Part shown: positions 26,901 through 37,019 of the stretch, piece by piece | Layout of the letters: every line of letters starts with the position of its first letter | Numbering within the stretch: position 1 is the first letter of the stretch | From: an uncultured Gemmatimonadota bacterium | GTDB lineage: Bacteria > JAAXHH01 | Direction of reading: 5' to 3' | DNA: 64,000 nucleotides | Assembly (NCBI GenBank): GCA_951812955.1 | Contig: OX638340.1 | Location: forward strand, 1,056,001 to 1,120,000 | The notes under the pieces: generated by a model | Seen by the model: the letters and a program-made list of their open reading frames with translations, nothing else | Database searches by the model: none | What the model was told of the DNA's origin: nothing | Position numbers and translations under genes: made by a program

Positions 26901-28427
26901 ATGACAGCCGACAATCCAATTGAACGGATGGAAGCGCGAATCCGGGAGGCTGGCGACCTTGCCGCCGCATTCGCCCGCGACCCGCACCGCCCCGCCTACC
27001 ACTTCACGCCACCAGCGGCGTGGATGAACGATATCAACGGAGCCCTGTTCTGGAAGGGGAGGTACCACATCTTCTACCAGTATAATCCGCACGGCGCGTA
27101 CTGGCATCTCATCCAGTGGGGCCATGCCTCCAGCGCCGATCTCGTGCACTGGGTCCACCATCCGGTGGCGTTGACCCCGGATGCGGATGGACCGGACCGG
27201 AAGGGCTGCTACAGCGGGGGCGCACTGGTCAGCCGTGAAGGTGTTCCGGTCCTGATCTACTATGGCAACCCCGATGGCCTCTGCATTGCCCGCAGCAACG
27301 ACGACCTGCTGATCGAGTGGACGAAAGACCCGGACAATCCAGTCATTCCCCAACCCGCCGAAGGGAGTGCCGACTTCGGCCGTTACACCATCCACGACCC
27401 CTGCGGGTGGCTGGCAGACGACCAGTATTACGCCGCCGTCAACAAGAGCGACCCGCAAGACCAGGGGGACGCGGCATACCTTTTCAAGTCACCTGACCTG
27501 CGCACATGGGAGTACGTGGATTTGTTCTATCGGTCGCGGCGGGAGTGGACCGAAGGGGGCGAAGACTGCGCCGTGCCGGATTTCTTCCCGCTCGGTGACC
27601 GTCACATGCTGCTCTTCTGCAGCCATCTGCAGGGAAGCCAGTATTACATCGGCCAGGTCCGGGACGAACGGTTTTATCCCGAGATACACGGGCGCATGAG
27701 CTGGGAGGGGGGTCATCTCGGCGGACCGCGGACCCTGCTCGACGCAACCGGCAGGCGCATCTTCTTCGACTGGGTCCGCGAACTGCGCGGAAACGAGCGT
27801 GAGCGCGCCTCGGGATGGTCAGGCGTAATGACTGTTCCACGGATGTTGTCGCTGGATTCTGGCGGCCGGCTGCAAATCGATCCAGTCCCGGAGCTGGAAG
27901 TGTTGCGGATGGATGCCCACCGGCTTGAATCCATGGACGTGGCCGCCGATTCCGAAACGGCGGTCGAGGGAATCGGCGGCGACTGCCTGGAATTGGCCGT
28001 TGAGATTGATCCGTTGAAAGCGCGGGAAGTAGGGCTGAAAGTGCGGCGCTCCCCTGGGGGCGAGGAGGAAACCGCGGTCTCATTTAACTCAGATGCCGCC
28101 GTGCTTCGGGTCGAAGTCGGCCGGTCGTCGCTCGACCGCGAAATACGTTACACGCGATACCGCCGACACCAGCCGCATCTTTCGGAGCGCGAGCGGTATG
28201 TCACCGCCCAGGAAGGGCCGTTCGAGTTGGCGCCGGGTGAACCACTGACGCTGCGCATCTTCCTCGACCGTTCGATCCTCGAGGTCTTTGCCAACCGAAG
28301 GCAATGCATTACTCAGCGCATCTATCCGACGCGGGCCGACAGCACAGGCATCAGCCTGTTTGCACGCGGTGGCGCGGCCAGATTAAGGTCACTGCAGGCC
28401 TGGACCCTCGCCCCGATACACATATGA
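26901..28427 (+). CDS. Glycoside hydrolase family 32 (beta-fructofuranosidase/levanase-type)
   Basis: WMNDINGALFWKGRYHIFYQYNP (the GH32 WMNDPNG block), an RDP-like HDP motif and an EC motif (EDCAVPDFFPL). Confidence 0.85.
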   Translation: MTADNPIERMEARIREAGDLAAAFARDPHRPAYHFTPPAAWMNDINGALFWKGRYHIFYQYNPHGAYWHLIQWGHASSADLVHWVHHPVALTPDADGPDRKGCYSGGALVSREGVPVLIYYGNPDGLCIARSNDDLLIEWTKDPDNPVIPQPAEGSADFGRYTIHDPCGWLADDQYYAAVNKSDPQDQGDAAYLFKSPDLRTWEYVDLFYRSRREWTEGGEDCAVPDFFPLGDRHMLLFCSHLQGSQYYIGQVRDERFYPEIHGRMSWEGGHLGGPRTLLDATGRRIFFDWVRELRGNERERASGWSGVMTVPRMLSLDSGGRLQIDPVPELEVLRMDAHRLESMDVAADSETAVEGIGGDCLELAVEIDPLKAREVGLKVRRSPGGEEETAVSFNSDAAVLRVEVGRSSLDREIRYTRYRRHQPHLSERERYVTAQEGPFELAPGEPLTLRIFLDRSILEVFANRRQCITQRIYPTRADSTGISLFARGGAARLRSLQAWTLAPIHI

Positions 28428-28614
28428 CCTCTGCCGCCCCCAGCACACCCAGGCACCGCCCACAGGGCATGAAATCTCAATTGACAAAAACTCCTGCGAA
28501 CGACTACTTGTTCAGGCTTAAATCCACTTGTTTATTGACCCTTTGGGCGTGTCGAAACCCGTCGGCCCACTGGACGTGTAGTTTGGCACCGGATCCTCGT
28601 TCAAGGAAACACCT

Positions 28615-29385
28615 ATGTCCATATCGGATGCATTCAGACTGGATGGCAGAACCGCTCTCGTAACCGGCTGTCGCAGAGGGATCGGAAGGGGACTTGCAGA
28701 GGGGCTGGCCGAAGCCGGCGCGGATATCGTGGGCGTGAGCGCGTCGATGGAGCCGTCCGGAAGCGAAATAGAAGGAGCGGTCACGGCCCTTGGCCGGAAG
28801 TTTACCGGGTATAGCGCGGACCTCAACGACCGGGACGCGCTGTATGATTTCATTCGCAAGGTCAAGCGCGATTTTCCGGCCATCGACATCCTCGTCAACA
28901 ACGCCGGCCTCACGCTGAGGGCGCCGGCCGCGGAGCATTCCGACGAGTACTGGGACACGGTCATGAATGTGAACCTGCATGCGCCGTTCATTCTCAGCCG
29001 GGAAATCGGCCGGGACATGGTAGCCCGCGGCAAAGGCAAGATCGTGTTTACCGCTTCCGTGCTTTCCTTCCAGGGCGGCATCACCGTGCCCAGTTACGCG
29101 GCCTCCAAGGGGGCGATCGGCCAACTGGCCATGGCATTGTCCAACGAATGGGCCTCGAAGGGTGTCAACGTCAACGCCATCGCGCCCGGTTATATCGCAA
29201 CGGACCTCACGTCGGCCCTGCAGACCGACCCGGAGCGGTCCCGGTCCATTTCCGAACGGATCCCTGCGGGCCGCTGGGGCACGCCGGAAGACCTGAAGGG
29301 CGCCGTGGTATACCTGTGCTCGGACGCGTCCAACTACGTCAATGGGACGATCCTGACTGTAGACGGCGGCTGGATGGGCCGCTGA
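28615..29385 (+). CDS. SDR-family oxidoreductase, 2-dehydro-3-deoxy-D-gluconate 5-dehydrogenase (KduD)-like
   Basis: TALVTGCRRGIG Rossmann motif, YAASKGAIGQL catalytic YxxxK, 256 aa. RBS AAGGAAACACC upstream. Confidence 0.8.
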   Translation: MSISDAFRLDGRTALVTGCRRGIGRGLAEGLAEAGADIVGVSASMEPSGSEIEGAVTALGRKFTGYSADLNDRDALYDFIRKVKRDFPAIDILVNNAGLTLRAPAAEHSDEYWDTVMNVNLHAPFILSREIGRDMVARGKGKIVFTASVLSFQGGITVPSYAASKGAIGQLAMALSNEWASKGVNVNAIAPGYIATDLTSALQTDPERSRSISERIPAGRWGTPEDLKGAVVYLCSDASNYVNGTILTVDGGWMGR

Positions 29386-29506
29386 CCTCCCGTCAAAGCC
29401 GATGAATCGGCCGGCGTTTATGATGCCCGCCGGGTCGACGCCCCGGATGCTTCGAAACTACGCCACGTCCAACGACGACAGGACGACAGAAGGACGATAG
29501 GTTCAG

Positions 29507-30337
29507 ATGGGCCAATGCGTATTCTGTAACCAGCCAGCCGGATTTCTCAGGAAACAGCACAGCGCGTGCAGGGATCGCCACGAATCCGGCAAAAGAGAAA
29601 TCGTCGCGCTGGTCAGCGAAATCGGCACACCGGAACGTGATCTGGCCCGGCTGGAGACGCAGGTCGGAGAAATCGCCGCGGGGTGTTTCGTGGACAACTT
29701 CATGCTGCGCGATCTCGTGGTCAGAGGTTGGGAAAGCGCCGTGGATGTCGCCTTCGAAGACCACGTGATATCGGAGGAAGAAGAACGGCTGCTCGCGGAG
29801 TTGAAGCGCCACTTCGGGCTCTCCGACGAGGTGGTGGACCGGAATGGCGCCCTGAGCAGAATGAGGAAAGGAAAGGTAATCCGGGAACTGCTGGAGGGCA
29901 ACTTCCCGGACCAGTTCGCCACCTCTGGTCCCCTGCCCTTCAATCTGCAAAAGACGGAACAACTCGCCTGGGTGTTCGAGGGCGTCAAATACCACGAGCA
30001 CAAGAAACGCACCGAATATGTCGGCGGTTCCAGCGGGGTGAGCTTCCGCGTCGCGAAAGGCGTCTATTACCGTACGGGAGCGTTCAAGGGGCGCCGGGTC
30101 GAGACCATGGAGCAGGTCCACGTGGATTCCGGCCTCCTCGGCATGACCAGCAAGCATCTCTACTTCGTCGGCGAGCATAAGCGATTCAGGATCCGGTTCG
30201 ACAAGATCATCTCGTTCGAACCGCTGGAAGACGGGATCAGCGTGCAGCGTGACGCCATGACCGCGACGCCGCAGACTTTCATAACCGGTGATGGCTGGTT
30301 TACGTACAACCTCGTCGCGAACCTGGCGCAGATGTAA
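29507..30337 (+). CDS. Hypothetical protein with N-terminal Cys cluster (CVFC...C)
   Basis: 276-aa ORF with no recognised family. Codon usage is consistent with its neighbours. Confidence 0.35.
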   Translation: MGQCVFCNQPAGFLRKQHSACRDRHESGKREIVALVSEIGTPERDLARLETQVGEIAAGCFVDNFMLRDLVVRGWESAVDVAFEDHVISEEEERLLAELKRHFGLSDEVVDRNGALSRMRKGKVIRELLEGNFPDQFATSGPLPFNLQKTEQLAWVFEGVKYHEHKKRTEYVGGSSGVSFRVAKGVYYRTGAFKGRRVETMEQVHVDSGLLGMTSKHLYFVGEHKRFRIRFDKIISFEPLEDGISVQRDAMTATPQTFITGDGWFTYNLVANLAQM

Positions 30338-30369
30338 CCTGCGCCGGCAAATTTCTGAGAAGACCGTTT

Positions 30370-31218
30370 ATGGCGTCGCCTTACGCACATCTGTTGACCG
30401 ATAACGAAAAGTGGCATTTCGACCTTCAGGGATACCTTCACCTGCGCGGCGTGATCGCGCCGGAGCGCCTGGGCCGTATCCTGGAGGTGGTCGATCACTG
30501 GCTGTCCGCCGACGAATACGAGATCCCCGCGCCGGTTTTAAGGCATCGACAGGAGCCCTACAAGACACACCTGGACCACATCCAGTACGGGCACAGGCTG
30601 TTCCAGGAACTGAACGCCGATCCGGAGATCATCCGCGTGGTCGCGGGACTGACCATGGGCATGCCACGGCTGTTTCACTGCAACTTCACGAAAATGGACC
30701 GCGCCGCGCCGGGCGACGCGGACGTTCAGGCCTATCACAGGGATGACAGCGGCTTCAAGTTCCCCCCGGGCTTCAGGAATCCCCACAACGATTACCAGGC
30801 GGCGGGCGGGGAGATCTACTGCAGCCACCTGGCCACGTGGATCGCGCTGGCGGATGTACCGGCGGGCACCGGGTTCAGCCTGGTGCCGGGCAGCCACAAG
30901 TCGGCCTTCGGCACGCCGGACGCACTGAAAGTCGGCGACTATCTGCCCGTATCGATCACCGTGCCCATGGACGCGGGCGACGTCCTCATTTTCTCGACCC
31001 ACTTGTTGCACGATGCCGCGGCCTGGACCCAGGACTATCCCAGGATGAACATCTTCCAGCGCTATCAGTTCAGCGCCTATTTCAACGAAAGCGGCAAAGG
31101 CGGACTGCCCATCGACGAATACCGGGATCAGATCACCGAAGAGGAGTACGAACTGGAATCGCTCAGCAAAGACGAAAAGGCCGCCGTAACCCGGATGCGG
31201 CGTCACTTCGGACTGTAG
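30370..31218 (+). CDS. Phytanoyl-CoA dioxygenase (PhyH) family Fe(II)/2-oxoglutarate-dependent oxygenase
   Basis: PhyH-like N-terminus (WHFDLQGYLHLRGVI) and HxD...H iron triad region (YHRDDSG...H). 282 aa. Confidence 0.7.
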   Translation: MASPYAHLLTDNEKWHFDLQGYLHLRGVIAPERLGRILEVVDHWLSADEYEIPAPVLRHRQEPYKTHLDHIQYGHRLFQELNADPEIIRVVAGLTMGMPRLFHCNFTKMDRAAPGDADVQAYHRDDSGFKFPPGFRNPHNDYQAAGGEIYCSHLATWIALADVPAGTGFSLVPGSHKSAFGTPDALKVGDYLPVSITVPMDAGDVLIFSTHLLHDAAAWTQDYPRMNIFQRYQFSAYFNESGKGGLPIDEYRDQITEEEYELESLSKDEKAAVTRMRRHFGL

Positions 31219-31238
31219 TCAACCCACAGGAGACGGCC

Positions 31239-31802
31239 ATGGCGTGGATACGCACCATTGACGAATCGGAAGCGGAAGGTCAACTGGAAAGAATATACCA
31301 AGGATCGATGCGATCCTGGGGAGGCGTGGACAACATCATCAAGGTCCACAGCCTGAACGTGCAGGCGCTGAGAGCGCTTATGACCTTCTACAAGGGCCTC
31401 ATGCACGGGGACTGCGACCTCACGCTGGGGCAGCGGGAGATGATCGCGACGACCGTCTCGGTTCTGAACGAGTGCGAGTACTGAATCCGCCATCATGGGG
31501 AGGGGCTCCTCAGAGAGATCGACGACAGGGAACTGGTGGATGCGATCAAGAGAGACTACCGCGAAGCGAACCTGGACGACGGCGACCGCGCCATGCTGGA
31601 CTACGTCCGGAAACTCACCCTGGCGCCCGCTTCCACTTCCGAATCGGATATCGAGCAGTTGAGGCAGGCGGGTTTCGGAGACAAGGCGATCCTGGAGATC
31701 AACCAGATCACGGGTTTCTTCGCCTGGTGCAACCGGACGGTGGACGGCCTGGGCGTGGAACTTGAGGCATTCTGGGACGAACCGAACGCGACGAATGTTT
31801 GA
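31239..31802 (+). CDS. Carboxymuconolactone decarboxylase/AhpD-like 'peroxidase-related' protein with an in-frame TGA, putative selenocysteine (CxxU) selenoprotein
   Basis: MAWIRTIDESEAEGQLERIYQ...SVLNECEY-TGA-IRHHGEGLL...GVELEAFWDEP. The TGA at 31482-31484 falls exactly at the second Cys of the family's conserved NxCxYCxxHH redox motif. The two halves (31239-31484 and 31485-31802) are in frame and together give the canonical ~187-aa length. The RBS AGGAGACGG precedes the ATG. Confidence 0.6.
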
Positions 31803-31883
31803 CGGATGTGTAGCTGCGTGGAAACCTGGAAAGTCACGCAGCCGCAATCGATTTTGAATGTAGATCAGCGATTTCGGGGAATA

Positions 31884-32687
31884 ATGAGTACTTTCGAAGT
31901 CATACCGACCGGACGCGCGCTAGGCGCGGAAGTTATAGGCTTGGATCTGCGCCGCGAATTGGACGAGTATACCGTTGGCAGGCTTCGTGCGGCATTCCTC
32001 GATCACTGCGTGCTGTTCTTTCGAGGCCAGGAGATCAGTCAGGCGGATTTGGTCCGGTTCACCCGGTATTTCGGCAACCCGGTTCCCCATGTAAGGCCGC
32101 AGCCGGATCGGCCGATCGAGGAGATCTTCGTCATCTCAAACGTGACCGAGGACGGCAAGCCCATCGGTGCGCTCGGCAGTGAAGGGATTCCTTTCCATTC
32201 CGATTTGTCCTACCTGCCTGAGCCGGGGACTGTTTCGCTGCTGTACGCGCTGGAGATCCCCGACGAAGGGGGCGAAACGATGTGGGCCAACGGATACGCG
32301 GCCTACGAGGCGCTGGACCCCGACATGCAGACCCGTATCAACGGTCTGAGCGCAGTCCATCGCCATCCTATCGACGCGCTGAATACGCCCGAACCTACCA
32401 CGCATCCGGTCGTCCGAACCCATCCGGAAACGGGCCGCGAAGTGATCTACGTCAGCCCTCACCTGACCTATCGTATCACCGGTATGGAACGGGAGGTCGG
32501 CCAGGCCCTGCTGGACGAATTGATCGCCCACGCTACTCACTCGCGATTCGTTTGGAAGCACATTTGGCAAGTAGGCGACCTGGTCATGTGGGACAACCGT
32601 TGCACCATGCACCGCCGCACGCCGTTCGACGACCGACAGCGCCGGGTCATGTGGCGCACGCAGGTGTTCGGGGCGGGTACGGTATAG
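31884..32687 (+). CDS. TauD/TfdA-family Fe(II)/alpha-ketoglutarate-dependent dioxygenase
   Basis: Typical TauD N-terminus (MSTFEVIPTGRALGAEVIGLDL) and HxD...H triad (HSDLSY...H). Start trimmed from the tool's 31806. Confidence 0.8.
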   Translation: MSTFEVIPTGRALGAEVIGLDLRRELDEYTVGRLRAAFLDHCVLFFRGQEISQADLVRFTRYFGNPVPHVRPQPDRPIEEIFVISNVTEDGKPIGALGSEGIPFHSDLSYLPEPGTVSLLYALEIPDEGGETMWANGYAAYEALDPDMQTRINGLSAVHRHPIDALNTPEPTTHPVVRTHPETGREVIYVSPHLTYRITGMEREVGQALLDELIAHATHSRFVWKHIWQVGDLVMWDNRCTMHRRTPFDDRQRRVMWRTQVFGAGTV

Positions 32688-32740
32688 ATGGCGAGGCATT
32701 GCGCACAGGCCATATACGGCCTGCTGTCAGGCGGCCTGGA

Positions 32741-32824
32741 TCGGCCGGGACTCGGCAGGTCGGCCGGGACGCGGCCCCGCCGGCCAGGCGGAACTTAGCC
32801 GGCCCGGATCAGCCGGGACTCGGC
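32741..32824. repeat. Three copies of a GC-rich ~15-nt motif (YMGGCCGGGACKCGGC) in a convergent intergenic region; likely bidirectional terminator hairpins or a REP-like element
   Basis: tcggccgggactcggc (32741-32756), tcggccgggacgcggc (32760-32775), cagccgggactcggc (32810-32824). GGCCGG...CCGGCC palindromes are present. Confidence 0.4.
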
Positions 32825-32850
32825 CCGCAGAACGAACCGCATCACGTCCA

Positions 32851-33702
32851 CTAATGACTGAACGCCACCGGTTCGAACCCAAACCGGTCCTCTCCCTCGC
32901 ACGAAATCCTGCCCGATGAGACGCTGGCATCATGATCCAGGACGATAATCCAGCCCTCGTCGGCCGCCTGCCGGAGGAGGCGCATCTTGGCTGTCATGGT
33001 GTCGTATGGGAACAGGTCGTAGGCCATGTTGTACGGGGCACGCAGGTGGGTCGTCATGGGCAGGATGTCACCTGAATATACCGCCCTGGTGTCGCCGGAT
33101 TCCACCTTCACCAGTTGATGGTACCGGGTATGGCCGCCGGTCACCTCCACCCGGATCCCCTCCTCGATCTCCGCATCGCCTTCCACCAGGGTCAGCACGC
33201 CAGCTTCCATGAGGGGCTGGTAGTTCTCGGTGCGATAGGTAGTCTTCATGGTACCGTAATCGTTCAGCGCGTCCTCCCATTCGCCCCTCTGAACTACGTA
33301 CTGCGCGTTGGGAAACGCAGGAACGACCCGGCCCTCCTCGTCCGTTCGAGTCGCGCCGCCCGCATGGTCGAAATGGAGGTGGCTCAGGATGACGAGATCG
33401 ATGTCTTCCGGGCATACGCCCCAGGCCGACAAAGACCCCAAGACGGTCGTACCCGACATCCCGTAGATGCCCCGGTCACGGTCGGTCATCTTGTCGCCGT
33501 AGCCCGTGTCTACCAGGATAAGCCGGCCGTCCTTCCTGATGAGGAGGCAGTTGGTGTCGTTGGTGATCCGGTTTTTCTCGTCGGGGGGACAGATCTTCTC
33601 CCAGAGCGGTTTCGGAACGATCCCGAACATGCTCCCGCCGTCCAGTTTGAACACGCCGCCGCTGACGACAGATAACTCCACTTCATGCTCCTTTTCTGAC
33701 AC
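32851..33702 (-). CDS. MBL-fold metallo-hydrolase (lactonase-like)
   Basis: HLHFDHAGG metal-binding motif, 283 aa. Confidence 0.75.
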   Translation of the reverse strand: MSEKEHEVELSVVSGGVFKLDGGSMFGIVPKPLWEKICPPDEKNRITNDTNCLLIRKDGRLILVDTGYGDKMTDRDRGIYGMSGTTVLGSLSAWGVCPEDIDLVILSHLHFDHAGGATRTDEEGRVVPAFPNAQYVVQRGEWEDALNDYGTMKTTYRTENYQPLMEAGVLTLVEGDAEIEEGIRVEVTGGHTRYHQLVKVESGDTRAVYSGDILPMTTHLRAPYNMAYDLFPYDTMTAKMRLLRQAADEGWIIVLDHDASVSSGRISCEGEDRFGFEPVAFSH

Positions 33703-33848
33703 GCTCGATTTTCAGGTTTTCTGACCCCACATTATAGCGACGGGCGGGAAGATTGTCATGGCAAATGTGCATTGAGGTTGTCCCCCGGTCAGGTTTTCCC
33801 TTTCTTTGAACCAGGGTGTGTAACGAAGACCAATAACCGGTACCTGTC

Positions 33849-34910
33849 ATGTCCCTCTACGAATACATTGCCGCGGCGCCCAAGGCGGAGCTGCATGTGC
33901 ACCTGGAAGGTTCCATCCAGCCTTCCACCTTCCTGATGCTGGCGAGACGCCACCGGGTCGACCTGCCGGCAGATACCGAGGAAGGATTGCGTAACTGGTA
34001 CCGGTTCAGGGACTTCCATCATTTCATCGAGGTGTATGTCGCGATAACACGCTGCCTGCGAACCGTCGAGGACTTCGAGCTGATCGTGTACGAATTCGGC
34101 GCCGACATGGCGCGGCAGAACATCCGGTACGCGGAGGTCACCTTTTCGCCGAGCACCCACCTATGGATCAATGGGGTCGACCAGGATGTGTGGTTCACGG
34201 GACTAACGGAAGGTCGCCGCCGGGTGAAAGCCTCTTTCGGCGTCGAGATCAACTGGGTGTTCGACCTGGTGCGCAACGACTATCCCGAGCGGGGGCGATT
34301 CGATTACACGACCGATGTCGCCATCGAGGGGATGGATGACGGGGTGATCGCCCTGGGCCTGGGCGGCATGGAGGAAGGCTACCCTCCCGGACCGTTCGAG
34401 CCGTGGTTCGACCGGGCCAGGACAGCCGGCCTGCGCAGCGCGCCTCACGCGGGAGAGCACGTTGGCCCCGAGAGCATCTGGAGCGCGATTGAAGACCTGG
34501 GCGCCGAACGCATCGGCCACGGCGTCCGGGCCATCGAGGATCCAAAGCTGGTTTCCTACCTGGCGGAACATCGCATTCCGCTCGAAATAAGCCCCACGAG
34601 CAACATTTGCCTTGGTCTCTATCCCGATGCAGCTTCCCATCCCATGAAAGCACTCCACGAAGCGGGGGTAATCGTCACCGCCAATTCGGACGATCCTCCG
34701 CTGTTCAATACCACACTGACCGAGGAACTGGCGCTACTGGCCGACCCCTGGGGATTTTCCAGGGAAACCATCGACGAGATCCTGCTGAACGGGGTGCGCT
34801 ACAGCTTTCTGCCGGAGGACAGGAAACGGTCCATGGAAGCATATTTCCAGGAAGAGATGGGGGTGCTGCGTGAAGAGATGCGCGATCCGCGGGACCAGCC
34901 TGGCACCTGA
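33849..34910 (+). CDS. Adenosine/adenine deaminase family protein
   Basis: PKAELHVHLEGSI (the family's HxHxxG metal-binding motif). 353 aa. Confidence 0.8.
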   Translation: MSLYEYIAAAPKAELHVHLEGSIQPSTFLMLARRHRVDLPADTEEGLRNWYRFRDFHHFIEVYVAITRCLRTVEDFELIVYEFGADMARQNIRYAEVTFSPSTHLWINGVDQDVWFTGLTEGRRRVKASFGVEINWVFDLVRNDYPERGRFDYTTDVAIEGMDDGVIALGLGGMEEGYPPGPFEPWFDRARTAGLRSAPHAGEHVGPESIWSAIEDLGAERIGHGVRAIEDPKLVSYLAEHRIPLEISPTSNICLGLYPDAASHPMKALHEAGVIVTANSDDPPLFNTTLTEELALLADPWGFSRETIDEILLNGVRYSFLPEDRKRSMEAYFQEEMGVLREEMRDPRDQPGT

Positions 34911-34971
34911 CCAACCTGGCGCGTGACCAATCTGGCACCTGACCAGACGACCAGACCATCAAATCAGATCG

Positions 34972-35982
34972 TCAGACCAGGTGGCACGCCGCCCTGTGGC
35001 CATTACCCTTGTCTTCCAGCGCGGGGACTTCGGTCTTGCATCGGGCTTCCGCCAGGGGGCACCGGGGATGGAAGGGACACCCCGGGGGAAGGTCGGCCGG
35101 GTTGGGCACGTCGCCCTTGAGGATGGTCCGGTCGCGTTCCAGCGTAGGGTCGGGCAGGGGCACGGCCGAGAGCAGGGCCGTGGTGTAAGGGTGAAGCGGC
35201 TTCGCGTAGAGCTGATCTCTTGTGGCCGTTTCCACGATTTTGCCGAGATACATGACGGCCACCCGGTCGCTGATATGCCGCACCACGCGAAGGTCGTGGG
35301 AAATGAAAAGATAGCTCAGTCGGAACCGTTCCTGCAGCACCTTGAGCAGGTTGATGATCTGTGCCTGGATCGATACGTCCAGCGCCGAGACCGGCTCGTC
35401 GGCAATGATCAGTTCAGGCTGGACGGCCAGGGCACGGGCAATGCCGATGCGTTGTCGCTGGCCGCCGCTGAACTCATGGGGATACCGGCGTACGTGCGCG
35501 GGATTCAGGCCCACCGTTTCGAGCAGGTCGGCCACGCGGTCTCCCGCTTCTCCCCGCGTACTCAATCCATGAACGGTAAGCGGTTCCCGGAGCAGGGAAC
35601 CCACGGTCATGCGGGGGTTGAGGGAGCCGTAGGGATCCTGGAATACGATCTGCATCTGGCGGCGGAGCCGCCGGAGATCGCCCTTCTTCATGGAGAAAAC
35701 TTCGTGCGGCCTTCGTTCCTGACCGTCCTCGAGTGCGGTATGGAAGGTGGCGGTTCCCGCGGACGGATCGATCAGGCGCATGATTGCCCGCCCTATCGTG
35801 GTCTTGCCGCACCCGCTTTCACCCACCAGGCCCAGCGTTTCGCCTCGCTGAAGCGAAAGATCTACGCCGTCTACGGCCTTGATCACCGTCCGGCGACGCC
35901 GCAGCAGTCCGCCTCCTACGGGGAAGTGTTTCTTCAGACCCTGTACCTCTAACAACAATTCAGTCGATTCCGTCATTTCCAC
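34972..35982 (-). CDS. Peptide/nickel ABC transporter ATP-binding protein (OppF/DppF-like)
   Basis: Walker [18 protein letters not shown], Walker B, and the C-terminal oligopeptide-ABC extension. Confidence 0.85.
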   Translation of the reverse strand: MEMTESTELLLEVQGLKKHFPVGGGLLRRRRTVIKAVDGVDLSLQRGETLGLVGESGCGKTTIGRAIMRLIDPSAGTATFHTALEDGQERRPHEVFSMKKGDLRRLRRQMQIVFQDPYGSLNPRMTVGSLLREPLTVHGLSTRGEAGDRVADLLETVGLNPAHVRRYPHEFSGGQRQRIGIARALAVQPELIIADEPVSALDVSIQAQIINLLKVLQERFRLSYLFISHDLRVVRHISDRVAVMYLGKIVETATRDQLYAKPLHPYTTALLSAVPLPDPTLERDRTILKGDVPNPADLPPGCPFHPRCPLAEARCKTEVPALEDKGNGHRAACHLV

Positions 35983-36022
35983 ACTCCGTCATTTTCCCCA
36001 CTCGGTCACTTTTCCCACTCGG

Positions 36023-37012
36023 TCAGGCCATATCCTTCTGCGAAACCCGCTGCCATTCGCCGCAGCGGACCACGTGGTGGCCTTCCACATCCAGCAACGC
36101 CTGCGGCCGATCGCAGACTTCCGCCGCGAAATCGCAGCGCGGCGCGAATCGGCATCCGGCAGGAAAGCGCACGGGGTCGGGTACCGTGCCCTCGATGGTC
36201 AAAAGTTCCTCGGTACTCGAACTCATGGTCGGCACGGACGCGAGCAACCCGCGGGTGTAGGGATGGCGGGGACTGCCGAATAACGTTTTGACGTCGGCCT
36301 GTTCCACGACCTGGCCCGCGTACATGACCAGTACCTCGTGCGCCATCTCGGCCACGATGCCCAGGTCATGGGTAATCAGCATCAGTCCCATGCCCAGTTC
36401 TTCCTGCAGACGGCGCAGCACATCGAGAATCTGTGCCTGAATCGTTACGTCCAATGCCGTCGTCGGTTCGTCGGCGATCAACAGCTTGGGATCGCAGGAG
36501 ATGGCCATGGCGATCATCGCGCGCTGGCGCATGCCACCGCTGAGTTCATGGGGATAGCTTCCGGCCCGTTCTTCCGGCAGTGGGATGTCGACCAGGTCCA
36601 ACAGCTCTACCGCCCGCCGCCAGGCCTCCTTCCGGTCCGCGCCCCGGTGAAGGCGGATAGCTTCGGCGATCTGTTCGCCGACAGTGAATACCGGGTTGAG
36701 GGAGGTCATCGGTTCCTGGAAGATCATGGCGATGTCGTTGCCCCGAATGTCCCGGATCTGGCGTGACGTGAGTTGCAGCAGGTCCCTGTCCTCGAAAAAC
36801 ACCTCGCCACCGGCGATGCGGCCGGGAGGTTGCGGGATCAAGCCCAGGATTGAATAAGCGGTCATGCTTTTGCCACATCCGGACTCTCCCACGATACCCA
36901 GCGTCTTGCCGGTCTCAACCTCGAAACTGACGCCGTCGACGGCCCGTACCACGCCGCTCTCGGTGTCGAAGTAAGTCTTCAGGTCGCAGACGCGCAGGAT
37001 TGTATTCGGCAT
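36023..37012 (-). CDS. Peptide/nickel ABC transporter ATP-binding protein (OppD/DppD-like)
   Basis: Walker [20 protein letters not shown]. Confidence 0.85.
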   Translation of the reverse strand: MPNTILRVCDLKTYFDTESGVVRAVDGVSFEVETGKTLGIVGESGCGKSMTAYSILGLIPQPPGRIAGGEVFFEDRDLLQLTSRQIRDIRGNDIAMIFQEPMTSLNPVFTVGEQIAEAIRLHRGADRKEAWRRAVELLDLVDIPLPEERAGSYPHELSGGMRQRAMIAMAISCDPKLLIADEPTTALDVTIQAQILDVLRRLQEELGMGLMLITHDLGIVAEMAHEVLVMYAGQVVEQADVKTLFGSPRHPYTRGLLASVPTMSSSTEELLTIEGTVPDPVRFPAGCRFAPRCDFAAEVCDRPQALLDVEGHHVVRCGEWQRVSQKDMA

Positions 37013-37019
37013 GCTACTC

